The notes: generated by a model from the sequence alone, not told the origin. A stretch of DNA of 64,000 nt from an uncultured Methylomirabilota bacterium (GCA_963705305.1 OY970067.1:4736001-4800000); one strand, 5' to 3'. Counted from the first letter of the stretch, positions 14,965-25,773 are shown. A program made the numbers and translations.

Positions 14965-17508
14965 ATGGCAGGGCGAGGGCGGACGCGCGCATCCTACTCC
15001 AGCCGCCAGGCCTTTCGACGGCGGCTGGTGATCTCCGGTCTCTGGACGCTCGGCATCCTCCTGGTCATCGGACTGGGGGCCGGCGCCGGCGTGTTCGCCG
15101 GATTTATCCGCGACCTTCCCAGTCTGCACGGGCTGGAGGAATATCAGCCCAGCATCGTCACCACCCTGTACGCGAACGACGGGGAGCCGTTCGCCTCGTT
15201 CTACGAGCAGCGGCGCATCCTGGTTCCGCTGGCCCAGATCCCCGTCCGGTTGAAGCAGGCCGTCCTGGCGGTCGAGGACGCCCACTTCTACCAGCACCAC
15301 GGCCTCTCCCCCAAAGCCATCCTGCGCGCCTTCGCCATGAACGTCCTGGCCCGGCGCAAGGCGCAGGGCGGCAGCACCATCACCCAGCAGCTCGCCCGGG
15401 TGCTGTTCCTGACCCCCGAAAAGAGCCTGTCGCGGAAGATCAAGGAGGCGCTCCTCGCCGTCGAGATCGAAAAGCACTACTCCAAGGACAAGATCCTGGA
15501 GATGTACTTCAACCAGGTCTATTTCGGCCACGGGGCCTATGGGGTCGAGGCGGCGGCGCAGACCTACTTCCGGAAATCGGTTGGCCAGCTCACGCTGGCC
15601 GAGGCGGCCATGCTGGCCGGCCTGCCCAGCGCCCCGGGCCGGTTCTCCCCCATCGTCAATCCCGAGCTGGCCCGGCGCCGCCGCGCGCACGTGCTGAGCC
15701 GGATGGTGGAGCAGAAGTTCATTACCCAGGCCGAAGCCGATGCGGCGAACCAGGTTCCTTTCGACAGCAGCCTGTACGCCCGGTCCGACACCGTCGCCCC
15801 CTACTTCGTCGAGCACGTCCGTCAGCTGCTGGAGGACGAGTACGGCGCGTACGCCCTGTACAACAGCGGGCTGAAGGTCTACACCACCCTCGACCTCAGA
15901 ATGCAGCACGCCGCGGAGGCCGCCCTGGTCGGCGGCCTGCGGGACATCGATAAGTCGCGCGGCCTGCGGCCCCGCGCAGAGCGCCTGGCGGCGTCGGCGC
16001 GGCCGCGCCCGGGCCCCTTTACGCCGCAGACGGGCCAGATCCTGTCCGGCACGATCGCGCGCGTCACCCCCAGCGTCCTGGAGGTTCAGCTGGGCCGGTT
16101 CCTGGGCCAGATCTCCCTGGAGAGTGCGCCGTGGACCAAGCTCACGAGCTTCGCCTCCGCCTTCCAGAAGGGCGATCCAGTGCTGGTGCGGGTCCAGAGC
16201 GTGGACGAACGGCGAAAGCTGGTCGAGCTGTCGCTGGAGCAGGAACCGGAGATCGAGGGGGCGTTCGTGGCCCTGGACCCGCGGGACGGCTCCGTCAAGG
16301 CCATGATCGGCGGATACAGCTTCGAGCGCAGCAAGTTCAACCGGGCCACCCAGGCCAAGCGGCAGCCGGGTTCGGCCTTCAAGCCCATCGTGTATGCCAC
16401 GGCTTTTGACCAGGGGCTGACCCCCTCCACGATCATCGAGGACTCGCCCGTCAGCTTCCACTTCCGGGTGGGGGATAAGGTGGTCGAGTGGGCCCCGGAA
16501 AACTATGACCGCAAATTCCGCGGGCCCATGACCCTCCAGCGCGCCCTGGAGAACTCCATCAACGTCGTCGCGGTCAAGCTGATGGAGCGAGTGGGGGCGG
16601 AGGCGGTCATCCGCATGGCACACCAGATGGGCATCCAGAGCGATCTGCGTCAGGAGATTGCCCTGGCCCTGGGTGTCTCCGAGGTCACCCCGCTGGAGCT
16701 GGTCTCGGCCTACGGGGTGCTGGCGGACGGGGGGCTGCGCGCCGAGCCGTTCGCCATCCGGAAGGTCACCGACAGCCAGGGCCGGACCCTCGAGGAGCAC
16801 GTCGTCCAGCCGCAGGAAGTCATGCGGCCCGAGACCGCCTACGTGACGGTGAACGCCATGAAGGGAGTCGTCCAGCGCGGGACGGCCGTCCGCGCCCGCG
16901 TGCTGAATCGTCCCCTGGCCGGCAAGACCGGCACCACTTCGGAGGCGACCAACGTCTGGTTCGTCGGCTTCACTCCCAGTCTGGTCGCCGGCGTCTGGGT
17001 AGGGTACGACGTGAAGCGGTCCCTGGGTCCGGCCGAGACGGGCAGCCGGATGGCCCTCCCGATCTGGATTCACTTCATGCAGGAGGTCCTGGATGACTCC
17101 CCCCCGGAAGACTTCAAGATCCCGGACAACGTGGTGGCTGTCTCGGTGGATCTGATGACGGGCCGCCCCGTCCCTCCGGGAGAAAAAGGGGCTATCCGGG
17201 AGTATTTCATCCGCGGCACCGAGCCAGCCGCGGTCCAGGCAGAGCGCCATCCGGACGTCGGCACGCCGACCGGCCCGGTCGCGGTCCCGCCAGACACCTC
17301 CCCTGCCCTCTCACCCGGCCCGCCCCCCGCCGCTTCCCTGCCCCCGGCCGCCCGCCCCGTGGAGGAGACGCGGGATGCCTCGTCTGGTCCGCTCCCCCGC
17401 CCGGTGCAGGCTGCCGGAACGGTGCTCCCAGACCGCAGCGTCCCCCTCGTCTCGTCGAAGCCGGCAGTCCCGGCCGCACCCGTTCCCCCGCAGGCCGGCG
17501 ATCGGTAG
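14965..17508 (+). CDS. mrcA: Penicillin-binding protein 1A (transglycosylase-transpeptidase)
   Basis: EDAHFYQHHG, GGSTITQQL, RKIKE; SAFK, SIN, KTGT transpeptidase motifs; Pro-rich tail. Confidence 0.93.
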   Translation: MAGRGRTRASYSSRQAFRRRLVISGLWTLGILLVIGLGAGAGVFAGFIRDLPSLHGLEEYQPSIVTTLYANDGEPFASFYEQRRILVPLAQIPVRLKQAVLAVEDAHFYQHHGLSPKAILRAFAMNVLARRKAQGGSTITQQLARVLFLTPEKSLSRKIKEALLAVEIEKHYSKDKILEMYFNQVYFGHGAYGVEAAAQTYFRKSVGQLTLAEAAMLAGLPSAPGRFSPIVNPELARRRRAHVLSRMVEQKFITQAEADAANQVPFDSSLYARSDTVAPYFVEHVRQLLEDEYGAYALYNSGLKVYTTLDLRMQHAAEAALVGGLRDIDKSRGLRPRAERLAASARPRPGPFTPQTGQILSGTIARVTPSVLEVQLGRFLGQISLESAPWTKLTSFASAFQKGDPVLVRVQSVDERRKLVELSLEQEPEIEGAFVALDPRDGSVKAMIGGYSFERSKFNRATQAKRQPGSAFKPIVYATAFDQGLTPSTIIEDSPVSFHFRVGDKVVEWAPENYDRKFRGPMTLQRALENSINVVAVKLMERVGAEAVIRMAHQMGIQSDLRQEIALALGVSEVTPLELVSAYGVLADGGLRAEPFAIRKVTDSQGRTLEEHVVQPQEVMRPETAYVTVNAMKGVVQRGTAVRARVLNRPLAGKTGTTSEATNVWFVGFTPSLVAGVWVGYDVKRSLGPAETGSRMALPIWIHFMQEVLDDSPPEDFKIPDNVVAVSVDLMTGRPVPPGEKGAIREYFIRGTEPAAVQAERHPDVGTPTGPVAVPPDTSPALSPGPPPAASLPPAARPVEETRDASSGPLPRPVQAAGTVLPDRSVPLVSSKPAVPAAPVPPQAGDR

Positions 17509-17519
17509 CCCAGACGCGA

Positions 17520-18389
17520 TTACCCCCCCCGGATCGATTGCTCGAATGCCAGGAGTGTGTTGCGGAGAAGCATCGCCACCGTCATGGGGCCGACGCCTCC
17601 GGGGACCGGCGTGATGGCGGACGCCACCTGAGAGGCGGACGCGAAGTCCACGTCCCCGATCAGCTTTCCCTCCACCCGGTTGATCCCGACGTCGATGACC
17701 ACGGCGCCAAGCTTCACCATATCGCCGGTGATCAGGCGCGGCCGCCCCGCGGCCGCCACCAGGATGTCCGCGCGCCGGGTCTCGGCACCGAGATCCGCGG
17801 TGCGCGAGTGGCAGATGGTCACAGTGGCGTGGCGGTGCAGCAGGAGAAACGCCACCGGCTTGCCCACGATCTCGCTGCGTCCCACCACCACCGCGTGCGA
17901 TCCGCGGATCTCGATTCCCTCTCGATCCAGCAGCTCGAGGATGCCTGCCGGAGTGCACGAGACGAAGCGAGCCTGATTCTCCACCAAACGCCCGATGTTG
18001 GTGAAGGTGAAGCCGTCCACATCCTTCCGGGGATCCACCGCCTCCAGGACGGCCCGCTCGTCCAGATGCCCGGGGAGGGGGAGTTGGACCAGGATCCCCT
18101 GGATCTCGGGGTCGACGTTCAATCCACCAACGACCGCCGCCAGATCCTCTTGGCCCACATCCCCGGGCGGACTGATCTGCCGCAAGACGATGCCGACCTC
18201 CTGGCAGGCCCTGGTCTTGGCGCGGACATACGTGGCGGAGGCCGGGTCGTCGCCGACCAGGACCACCGCCAGGCCGGGGACCCTGCCCGTCCTTTCGCGC
18301 AGCGCCCGCACGCGCTGGGCCACCTCCTCCCGCACCTTGGAGGCGGCCGCCTTTCCGTCGATGAGTCGCGCGCTCATGTCTGGCTCCAT
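17520..18389 (-). CDS. folD: Methylenetetrahydrofolate dehydrogenase/cyclohydrolase (alternative start 18377)
   Basis: [46 protein letters not shown]. Confidence 0.96.
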   Translation of the reverse strand: MEPDMSARLIDGKAAASKVREEVAQRVRALRERTGRVPGLAVVLVGDDPASATYVRAKTRACQEVGIVLRQISPPGDVGQEDLAAVVGGLNVDPEIQGILVQLPLPGHLDERAVLEAVDPRKDVDGFTFTNIGRLVENQARFVSCTPAGILELLDREGIEIRGSHAVVVGRSEIVGKPVAFLLLHRHATVTICHSRTADLGAETRRADILVAAAGRPRLITGDMVKLGAVVIDVGINRVEGKLIGDVDFASASQVASAITPVPGGVGPMTVAMLLRNTLLAFEQSIRGG

Positions 18390-18448
18390 GCTACCCGACC
18401 GAGGCAGCCGAGGAGAGCCCCGGTGCCCGCAGGCATGGGCCGGACGGG

Positions 18449-19225
18449 CTAGTCATCCTGGATCTGGAGCCGGGCGATGCGCTGGGCCCGCCCGTCCTCG
18501 CCGATATCCAGGACCACCCCGCAGAGCTGCGCCGGCCCCTCCGCCGGCGTGAACCGGTTGGGAATCTGGGTGAGAAACCGCCGGATGGCGTCTTCCCGCC
18601 GGATCCCGATGACCGAATCCCGGGGGCCCGTCATGCCGACGTCGGTGATGTAGGCGGTTCGCCGGGGCAGGATCCGCTCGTCGGCCGTCTGCACGTGGGT
18701 GTGGGTGCCGAGCACCGCCGACACCCGGCCGTCCACGTACCAGGCAAAGGCCTGCTTCTCCGCCGTGGCCTCGGCGTGGAAATCCACCAGGATGATATCG
18801 GTGACCCGCTGGAGCTCGGCCAGCTCCCGGTCGGCCGCCTTGAAGGGGCAATCGATGGCGGGGAGAAAGGCCCGCCCCTGGAGATTCAACACCCCCATCA
18901 GGCGGTTCCCCTTTCGCAGGATGTGGGCGCCGCTGCCGGGAACCTCCTCCGGATAATTGGCCGGCCGCAGGACGCGCGTTTCTCGCGCCAGGTACCCTGC
19001 AGCCTCCTTCCGGTCCCAGACGTGGTTGCCGGAGGTCAGCAGATCGATGCCGAGACCGAAGAGCTCCTCGCCGATGGACGGCGTAATCCCAAAGCCGCCG
19101 GCCGCGTTCTCCGCATTGGCGAGCACAAACTCCGGCTCGTGGGCCGCCACCATCGCTTTCAGGTGGCGCGAGACCATGCTGCGGCCGGCCTGGCCGACGA
19201 TATCGCCGACGAACAGAATCCTCAT
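18449..19225 (-). CDS. ymdB: YmdB-family metallophosphoesterase
   Basis: [38 protein letters not shown]; follows rny. Confidence 0.9.
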   Translation of the reverse strand: MRILFVGDIVGQAGRSMVSRHLKAMVAAHEPEFVLANAENAAGGFGITPSIGEELFGLGIDLLTSGNHVWDRKEAAGYLARETRVLRPANYPEEVPGSGAHILRKGNRLMGVLNLQGRAFLPAIDCPFKAADRELAELQRVTDIILVDFHAEATAEKQAFAWYVDGRVSAVLGTHTHVQTADERILPRRTAYITDVGMTGPRDSVIGIRREDAIRRFLTQIPNRFTPAEGPAQLCGVVLDIGEDGRAQRIARLQIQDD

Positions 19226-19229
19226 CCAG

Positions 19230-19262
19230 TTTCGAATTTCGAAATTCGAATTTCGAAATTCG
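19230..19262. repeat. Self-complementary heptamer tandem repeat (TTCGAAT/TTCGAAA)n
   Basis: TTTCGAATTTCGAAATTCGAATTTCGAAATTCG fills most of the rny-ymdB gap. Confidence 0.9.
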
Positions 19263-19265
19263 CCG

Positions 19266-20828
19266 CTAGCGGGCGTATTCCACTGCTCGCGTCTCCCGGA
19301 TGACCGTCACCTTGATCTGTCCGGGATACTCCATCTCGTTCTCGATGCGCTTGGCGATGTCGCGGGCCATGACGTACGCGGCCTGGTCGTTGATCTGCTC
19401 GCTCTCGACCACCACCCGGATTTCCCGTCCGGCCTGGACCGCAAAGCATTTCTCAACGCCCTTGAACGAGGTCGCGATCTCTTCCAGCTTGGCCAGGCGC
19501 TTGACATACGTCTCCATGATCTCGCGCCGGGCGCCCGGCCGGGCCGCGGACAGGGTATCGGCGGCCTGCAGCAGCACGGCTTCCGGATACTGGGGCGCAA
19601 CCTCTTCGTGGTGCGCGGCGATGATGTTGATGACGCGCGCGTCCTCGTTGTACTTCTTGGCCAGTTCGGCGGACAGCAGCGCGTGGGAGGTTTCGCTCCC
19701 CTGGTCCGCGGCCTTGCCGATGTCGTGCAGGAGCGCGGCCCGCTTCACGGCCTTGACGTCCAGTTTCAGCTCGGCGGCCAGGAGTCCGGCCAGCGTCGCC
19801 ACCTCCTTGGTATGGGCCAGCTGGTTCTGGGAATAGCTGTACCGGTACTTGAGCCGGCCGACCATGCGGACCAGCTCGGGATGCAGCCCGGTGATGCCCA
19901 GCTCGAAGCAGGCCTGCTCCCCCGCCTCGCGGATGTCTTTCTCGACCTCTTTGACGACCTTCTCGACCGTCTCCTCGATGCGGGCGGGATGGATGCGACC
20001 GTCCTGGATCAGGCGCTGGATGGCCACCCGGGCGACCTCGCGCCGGACCGAGTCGAACCCCGAGAGGATGATCGTCTCCGGCGTGTCGTCTACGATGATA
20101 TCGATGCCGGTGGCCTTCTCCAGGGCCCGGATGTTGCGGCCCTCGCGGCCGATGATGCGGCCCTTCATGTCGTCGCTGGGCAGGTCCACCACCGAGACGG
20201 CGGCCTCGGCGACATACTCCGAGGCGATCCGGCAGATGGCCCGGCCGATGATCTGTTTGGCCCGCTCCTCCCCCATCTCGTTGGCCGCGTCCTCGATCCG
20301 CTTGACCCGGCTCGCCGCCCGGAGTTTGGCCTCTTCCTCCAACGCCAGGAAGAGCTGGCTCTTGGCCTCTTCCGAGGTCAGACCGGCGATCTGCTCGATC
20401 CGTCGTGTCGCCTCCTCCACTAGGTGATGCCAGTGCGACTCCTGCTGGGTCACGCTCTGCTCCCGGTTCCGCAGCTCCTGTTCGTGGCCGGTCTGCTCCC
20501 GCTCGCGACGATCCAGCACCTCCAGCTTGCGGTCGAGGATCTCCTCCCGCTGGTTCAGCCGCCGCTCCACACTTTGGATTTCCTCCCGCCGCGCGTGGGA
20601 CTCCTGCTCGAATTCGGTCCGCGCCTGGAGCGTCTTGTCCTTGATCTCCAGGTCGGCCTCCCGGCGGCGCGCCTCCACTTCGCGCTCGGCCTCGCGGATG
20701 ATCAGCTTGGCCTGGTTCGCCATATCCTGCTTCAGCCGGTTCTGTCGCCAGCGCTCCAGGAGCAGGCCGATTGCCGCCCCGGCCAGTACCAGCACCAGCG
20801 CCAGTACGATCATTTTCCAGATGTCCAC
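19266..20828 (-). CDS. rny: Ribonuclease Y
   Basis: N-terminal TM helix, coiled coil, KH domain (KGRIIGREGRNIR), HD domain (LLHDIGK), VIRETRAVEYA; strong SD. Confidence 0.97.
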   Translation of the reverse strand: MDIWKMIVLALVLVLAGAAIGLLLERWRQNRLKQDMANQAKLIIREAEREVEARRREADLEIKDKTLQARTEFEQESHARREEIQSVERRLNQREEILDRKLEVLDRREREQTGHEQELRNREQSVTQQESHWHHLVEEATRRIEQIAGLTSEEAKSQLFLALEEEAKLRAASRVKRIEDAANEMGEERAKQIIGRAICRIASEYVAEAAVSVVDLPSDDMKGRIIGREGRNIRALEKATGIDIIVDDTPETIILSGFDSVRREVARVAIQRLIQDGRIHPARIEETVEKVVKEVEKDIREAGEQACFELGITGLHPELVRMVGRLKYRYSYSQNQLAHTKEVATLAGLLAAELKLDVKAVKRAALLHDIGKAADQGSETSHALLSAELAKKYNEDARVINIIAAHHEEVAPQYPEAVLLQAADTLSAARPGARREIMETYVKRLAKLEEIATSFKGVEKCFAVQAGREIRVVVESEQINDQAAYVMARDIAKRIENEMEYPGQIKVTVIRETRAVEYAR

Positions 20829-21152
20829 GGAATATCCTCCCTCCTCCGTGTCCTTTTACAGGGCAGGTCCGACATTTCGGGCCGGCCCGTCGTCCCCCCT
20901 CCATCTTCCCGGGCACCGCCGGTCGAGCGCGCAGGCGATCCGCGTGGTCCGATGGCCCGCTGGCCGCGCGCCCATCCGGCGGTCCGGGACGCCGGCAGCA
21001 CCGCCAGCGTGACCCAGCCACACAGGCCGGGCCTCTCGAGGAATCATGCGCAGGGACGGATGAACTTCAGGACAGAGAAGGGCTGGAACGAGGATCAGGC
21101 CGGCGCTAGGCCGGCCTGCCGGGCGGGAACGTATCCTGTGCTGAAAAAGATG

Positions 21153-21341
21153 GAACCCCTACCCTTGTGCCGTGTGCCGTTCCTTGTTTGAACCTGGAAA
21201 ACCAGGTGGGAATCCCGCAAGCGCCTTAGGCTTCCCTTCCGCCTGAACGGACGGGCCTGCTCACGGCGTCCTGAGGAGGATCCCCCTTCTGAGGGTGTTG
21301 GCTCAAAAAGCGTTACGGCATCACGCGCACGGTAGGGGTTC
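21153..21341 (-). ncRNA. ssrS: 6S RNA
   Basis: ~190 nt; closing stem GAACCCCTACC/GGTAGGGTTC, TTGAGCC...GGTTCAA pairing around a central bubble; canonical position downstream of zapA. Confidence 0.85.
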
Positions 21342-21443
21342 TCGTCATCTCGTATAGCTGGAAGCCACGCTAGCACAGGCCGATCCTCGCTGCAAGCCCT
21401 TTCTGCACCCCGTCCACCGTCCCGACGTGCAGCCGTCGCGCCC

Positions 21444-21740
21444 TTAGCGGGCGACGTTTGCGCGGTGCAGCAATTGGAAGATCCCGTCGATCCGGGCGAG
21501 CACTTCCTGCTCGACCCGCTGAGCCTCCTGCGTGTGTTTGAACAACTCGTCCGCAATGTTCAAGGATGCCAATACGGCCACCTTGGCGGGAACGAGCGAC
21601 GGACCCTCTTTGGCGACCGCGCGGAATTTGTCATCGACGTATTCCGCCACGCGCTGCAGGTACGCCGGATCATCGGTCGAGCGCAGCGTATATCGCTCTC
21701 CGAAGATCTCGACCTCGGCCCCTCGCTCGCCTGGCTTCAT
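21444..21740 (-). CDS. zapA: Cell division protein ZapA
   Basis: VEIFGERYTL...YLQRVAEYVD...AVLASLNIADEL. Confidence 0.92.
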   Translation of the reverse strand: MKPGERGAEVEIFGERYTLRSTDDPAYLQRVAEYVDDKFRAVAKEGPSLVPAKVAVLASLNIADELFKHTQEAQRVEQEVLARIDGIFQLLHRANVAR

Positions 21741-22045
21741 GTGCCGGACCCCTGAGCGCCGGCACCCTGGACGGCGGACTCCAGGCGGGCGATCTCCGCC
21801 AAGAGCCCCTCCACCCGACCCCGGATCTCCTCCCGCTCGGTCCGCAGGCGGGCCGCGTCACCGGCCGCACGCTCCCGCTCGCTCCGCAGCGCGGCGTTCT
21901 GCTGCTCGTGCGAGCGAAGATCGGTCTGAAGCGCCTGGAGCTTGGCCTGCAGGGCATCGCGCTCGCCGCGGACCTGCGCCAGCTCCGCCAGGGTCTCGCG
22001 AACCTTGGCCTCCAGTGCCTGCAACTTCTCCAGCAGCACGTCCAT
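21737..22045 (-). CDS. ZapB-like coiled-coil protein
   Basis: All-coiled-coil 102 aa ending EEIRGRVEGLLAEI; 4-bp overlap with zapA. Confidence 0.75.
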   Translation of the reverse strand: MDVLLEKLQALEAKVRETLAELAQVRGERDALQAKLQALQTDLRSHEQQNAALRSERERAAGDAARLRTEREEIRGRVEGLLAEIARLESAVQGAGAQGSGT

Positions 22046-22173
22046 CGCTCTTGACTCCCCCCGATCCGCTCAGAACCTAGCAAAGCCTCAAAGCTTTGTA
22101 AAGGACGATTTCTCCCTTCCTGCGCGGGGAGCGGCGGCCGGAGGCCGTGGCGCACGCCGTCGGGAGAGGAGGC

Positions 22174-24660
22174 TCAGCCTCTCAGATGCGCCCCCAGGCC
22201 GCGCGAAATGGTCTCCAGGATGCGCTGCCTTTCCGCGTCGATCTCCGCATCGGTCAGCGTACGGTCGGGAGCCTGGAACGCCAGGGAGAACGCCACGCTC
22301 TTCTTGCCGTCCGCCACCTGCGGACCCTGATAGACGTTGAACAGCCGGACCGACGCCAGCCAGGGCCCCCCGGCAGCCTGGATGGCGTCGGTGAGATCCG
22401 CGGCCGGGACGGTCGCATCGACCACCACGGCGATATCCTGCAGCACCGGCGGGAAGCGCGGGACGGCCGAGACCCGGCGGACCCCCGAGACCCTCGCCAG
22501 CAGGGCGTCCAGATCGAGCTCCCCCAGACAGACGGGCCCGGGCGGCACGTCAAAGCTGGCGCGAACCCTGGGATCCAGCTCTCCCAGGATGCCCACCGCC
22601 TCTCCGTCCATCCGCAGGCCGGCGGTCCGGCCCGGGGACAGGGCGGGATGGACGGCCGGCTCGAAGGAGATCCCGGGGAGGCGAAGGCCCTGGAAGAGCG
22701 CCTCCAGGACTCCCTTGAGGGCGAAGAAATCGATCTGGGGAGGGTCCGCGTCGTGGGCCGAGGCCGCGGCCGTTCGGCCGGCCATCCCGATGGCCAGACG
22801 CCTCGGCTCGGCGGGAAGGTCCAAATCGGGCACGGGCAGAAAGACCGGACCGATCTCGAAGAAGCACAGGCGATCGCGCAGCCGGGCGTTGTGGGCGATC
22901 ACCTCCAGCATTCCCGGCAGCAGGGTCTGTCGCATCGCCGTCCGGTCGGCGCTGATGGGATTGGCGATCCGAACGTAGGCCCGCTCGGCGGGCGGCTCCC
23001 CGCCCGGAACGAGCGAGGCCTCGCGCTGCGGGGTCGTCAGGCGATACGAGATCACCTCCTGGAGGCCGGCCACCGTCAGGAGGTCCCGAACCAGTTCCTC
23101 CTGCTCCACTTGGATGTTGCTCCGCTGCGGCGGCAGCCGGTCGGCCAGCTCGGTGATCGGGATCCGATCGTACCCGGAGACGCGGGCGATCTCTTCCAGG
23201 AGGTCGGCCACTCCCACGACGCCGGTCCCGATGTCCAGGCGATGCGGCGGCGCCGTGATCCGGAATCCGTCCGACCCCTGCGGGTCGCAGGTGAACTCCA
23301 GGGCGGTGAGGATGCGGGTGATCTCCGCCCTCGGCACGTCCATGCCCAGCACCCGCCGCACGTCGCCGAGCTTGAGGTCCACCACGACGGGCGCCTGGGG
23401 GGCCGGGTAGCAATCGACCACACCCGCGGCGATGGTTCCCCCGCCCAGGCGGCGCATCAGCTCGGTGGCCCGCATCACGGCGGCGACCGCCAATGCCGCC
23501 GGAACCCCCCGTCCGAAGCGGGCGCTGGCCTCGCTGGGCAGCTTGAGCGCCTGCGTGGTCTTGCGGATGGAGACGAAATGGAAATTCGCCGATTCGAGGA
23601 GCACGCGGGTCGTGCGGTCGGTGACCTCCGTTTCGGCTCCCCCCATCACCCCGGCCACGGCGATGGGACCCGCCGCATCCGTGATCAGCAGCCGCTCGGG
23701 CCCCAGGGGGCGAGTCACGCCGTCCAGCGTGGTGAGGCTCTCGCCTGGGCGGGCCGTCCGAACGGTGATGTGAGGAATCCCCTTGGCCCGGCGGACCAGG
23801 GCGTCGTAGTCGAAGGCGTGGAGCGGCTGTCCCCACTCCAGCATGATGTAGTTGGTCACATCCACGAAGTTGTTGATGGGCCGGATGCCGGCCAGGCGGA
23901 GGCGGCGGCGCATCCACTCCGGGGAGAGGCGGATCGTCACGCCGCCGATCAGGGTGGCCGTGTACCGGGGGCACAGGGCCGGATCGGCGATGCTGAGCCG
24001 CACCTGGCCCTCGGCCGGCTCGCCTTCGGCCAGCATGTCCGTGCGGGGCGGCCGGACCCGGCCCCCGGTCAGGGCTGCGACCTCCCGCGCCACCCCCAGC
24101 ACGGAGAGGCAGCGGGCCATGTTGGGCGTAATCTCGAGGTCCAGCACGACGTCTCCGAGGTAGTCCGACAGGGGCGCGCCCACGGGCGCATCCGCATCCA
24201 GGAGCAGCACCCCCGTGTGGTCGTCGGAGAGGCCCAGCTCCTTCTCCGACAGGATCATGCCGTCCGAATGGACGCCCCGGACCTTCCGCCCCTTGAGCGT
24301 GGTGATCTGGGGCGCCGCGGCGTAGGCATCCCAGTACCGCGCCCCCTCCAGGGCAAAGGCCACTTTCTGGCCGGCGTCTCCCACGCGGAGGTTGGGCGCG
24401 CCCGTCACCACGGTCTTGCGCCGCCCCTCCCCGTATGCCACCGCGGCCAGGACCAGCCGGTCCGCGTCGGGATGGGGGCGGACCTCCAGGATCTCCGCCA
24501 CCATCATCCGGGCGGGGTCCCAGGGCAGCGGGCTGCCCGGCACGCCGACCTGCTGGATGGACGCCACCTCCAGCCCGGCCAGCGTCAGGCGCTCGGCCAG
24601 CTCCGGAACCGGCAGAGGGATCTCGACGAACTCCTGCAGCCAGCTCATCGGCACGCGCAT
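22174..24660 (-). CDS. pheT: Phenylalanine--tRNA ligase beta subunit
   Basis: MRVPMSWL, HPDADRL, RPINNFVDVTNY, LLEEIARVSGYD, FDX-ACB tail (GKKSVAF...RTLTD). Confidence 0.96.
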   Translation of the reverse strand: MRVPMSWLQEFVEIPLPVPELAERLTLAGLEVASIQQVGVPGSPLPWDPARMMVAEILEVRPHPDADRLVLAAVAYGEGRRKTVVTGAPNLRVGDAGQKVAFALEGARYWDAYAAAPQITTLKGRKVRGVHSDGMILSEKELGLSDDHTGVLLLDADAPVGAPLSDYLGDVVLDLEITPNMARCLSVLGVAREVAALTGGRVRPPRTDMLAEGEPAEGQVRLSIADPALCPRYTATLIGGVTIRLSPEWMRRRLRLAGIRPINNFVDVTNYIMLEWGQPLHAFDYDALVRRAKGIPHITVRTARPGESLTTLDGVTRPLGPERLLITDAAGPIAVAGVMGGAETEVTDRTTRVLLESANFHFVSIRKTTQALKLPSEASARFGRGVPAALAVAAVMRATELMRRLGGGTIAAGVVDCYPAPQAPVVVDLKLGDVRRVLGMDVPRAEITRILTALEFTCDPQGSDGFRITAPPHRLDIGTGVVGVADLLEEIARVSGYDRIPITELADRLPPQRSNIQVEQEELVRDLLTVAGLQEVISYRLTTPQREASLVPGGEPPAERAYVRIANPISADRTAMRQTLLPGMLEVIAHNARLRDRLCFFEIGPVFLPVPDLDLPAEPRRLAIGMAGRTAAASAHDADPPQIDFFALKGVLEALFQGLRLPGISFEPAVHPALSPGRTAGLRMDGEAVGILGELDPRVRASFDVPPGPVCLGELDLDALLARVSGVRRVSAVPRFPPVLQDIAVVVDATVPAADLTDAIQAAGGPWLASVRLFNVYQGPQVADGKKSVAFSLAFQAPDRTLTDAEIDAERQRILETISRGLGAHLRG

Positions 24661-24726
24661 GGGTGTCTGTCCTCTCCTCCGGGCGGGTGAAGGCCCGCCG
24701 CGTCCGGCCGCCGCGCGAGACGGCGG

Positions 24727-25761
24727 TCAGAACTGCTCCAGGAACCGGAGGTCGTTCATCCAGAAGTAGCGAATGTCCTCGATCCCGTGGCGGAGCATGG
24801 TGATCCGCTCCGGTCCCATGCCGAAGGCGAAGCCCGAATACGCTTCGGGATCGTAGCCGCCGTTCTTGAGGACCACGGGATGCACCATGCCGCAGCCCAG
24901 GATCTCCAGCCACCCGCTCTGCTTGCAGAGGCCGCAGCCCGTCCCGTTGCAGATCATGCACTCCACATCCATCTCGGCGCTGGGCTCGGTGAAGGGGAAG
25001 TGGCTGGCGCGGAAGCGGACCCGGCGCTCCGGACCGAACATGCGGTGGGCGAAGCTGATCAGCGTCCCCTTCAGGTCGGTCATGGTGATGTGGCGGCCGA
25101 CGGCCAGCCCCTCGACCTGGTGGAACTGGATCTCGGAGCGCGCCGTGATCTGCTCGTAGCGGTAGCACATGCCGGGCAGGATCACCCGGATGGGCTCCGG
25201 GCAGTACTCCCGCATGGCCCGGATCTGGCCGGGCGAGGTGTGCGTCCGCAGCAGGACTCCGTCCTGCGTCGTGTAGAAGGTGTCCCACATGTCGCGCGCG
25301 GGATGGTGGGCGGGGATGTTGAGGAGCTCGAAGTTCATCTCGTCGCTCTCCACATCCCGGCTGCGGTAGATCTGAAAGCCCATGTCGGCGAAGATCTGGC
25401 AGATCCGCCGCAGCACCTGCGTGCTGGGATGCAGCCGGCCCACCGGGACCGGCCGGCCCGGCAGCGTGACGTCCAGCCGCTCGGCCGCCAAGGCCGCCGC
25501 GCGGCTGGCCGCCTCCAGGGCCGTCCGGCGCTCCTCGAGGGCGGCCTCCAGCCGCTGCTTGACGTCATTGGCCAGCTTGCCGACAGCGGGACGCTCGGCC
25601 GCATCCAGCGCGCCGAGACCCCGCAGGATCGCGGCCAGGGATCCCTTCCGTCCCAGGTAGCGCAGGCGGACCTCTTCCAGGGCGGTTGCGTCCGCCGCCG
25701 CCCGTAGGTCCGCCTGGGCGGCCGCTTCCAGCGATGCGAGAGTCTGCGAGATTTCGCTCAT
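24727..25761 (-). CDS. pheS: Phenylalanine--tRNA ligase alpha subunit
   Basis: [54 protein letters not shown]. Confidence 0.96.
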   Translation of the reverse strand: MSEISQTLASLEAAAQADLRAAADATALEEVRLRYLGRKGSLAAILRGLGALDAAERPAVGKLANDVKQRLEAALEERRTALEAASRAAALAAERLDVTLPGRPVPVGRLHPSTQVLRRICQIFADMGFQIYRSRDVESDEMNFELLNIPAHHPARDMWDTFYTTQDGVLLRTHTSPGQIRAMREYCPEPIRVILPGMCYRYEQITARSEIQFHQVEGLAVGRHITMTDLKGTLISFAHRMFGPERRVRFRASHFPFTEPSAEMDVECMICNGTGCGLCKQSGWLEILGCGMVHPVVLKNGGYDPEAYSGFAFGMGPERITMLRHGIEDIRYFWMNDLRFLEQF

Positions 25762-25773
25762 GGGTCGCTCACG

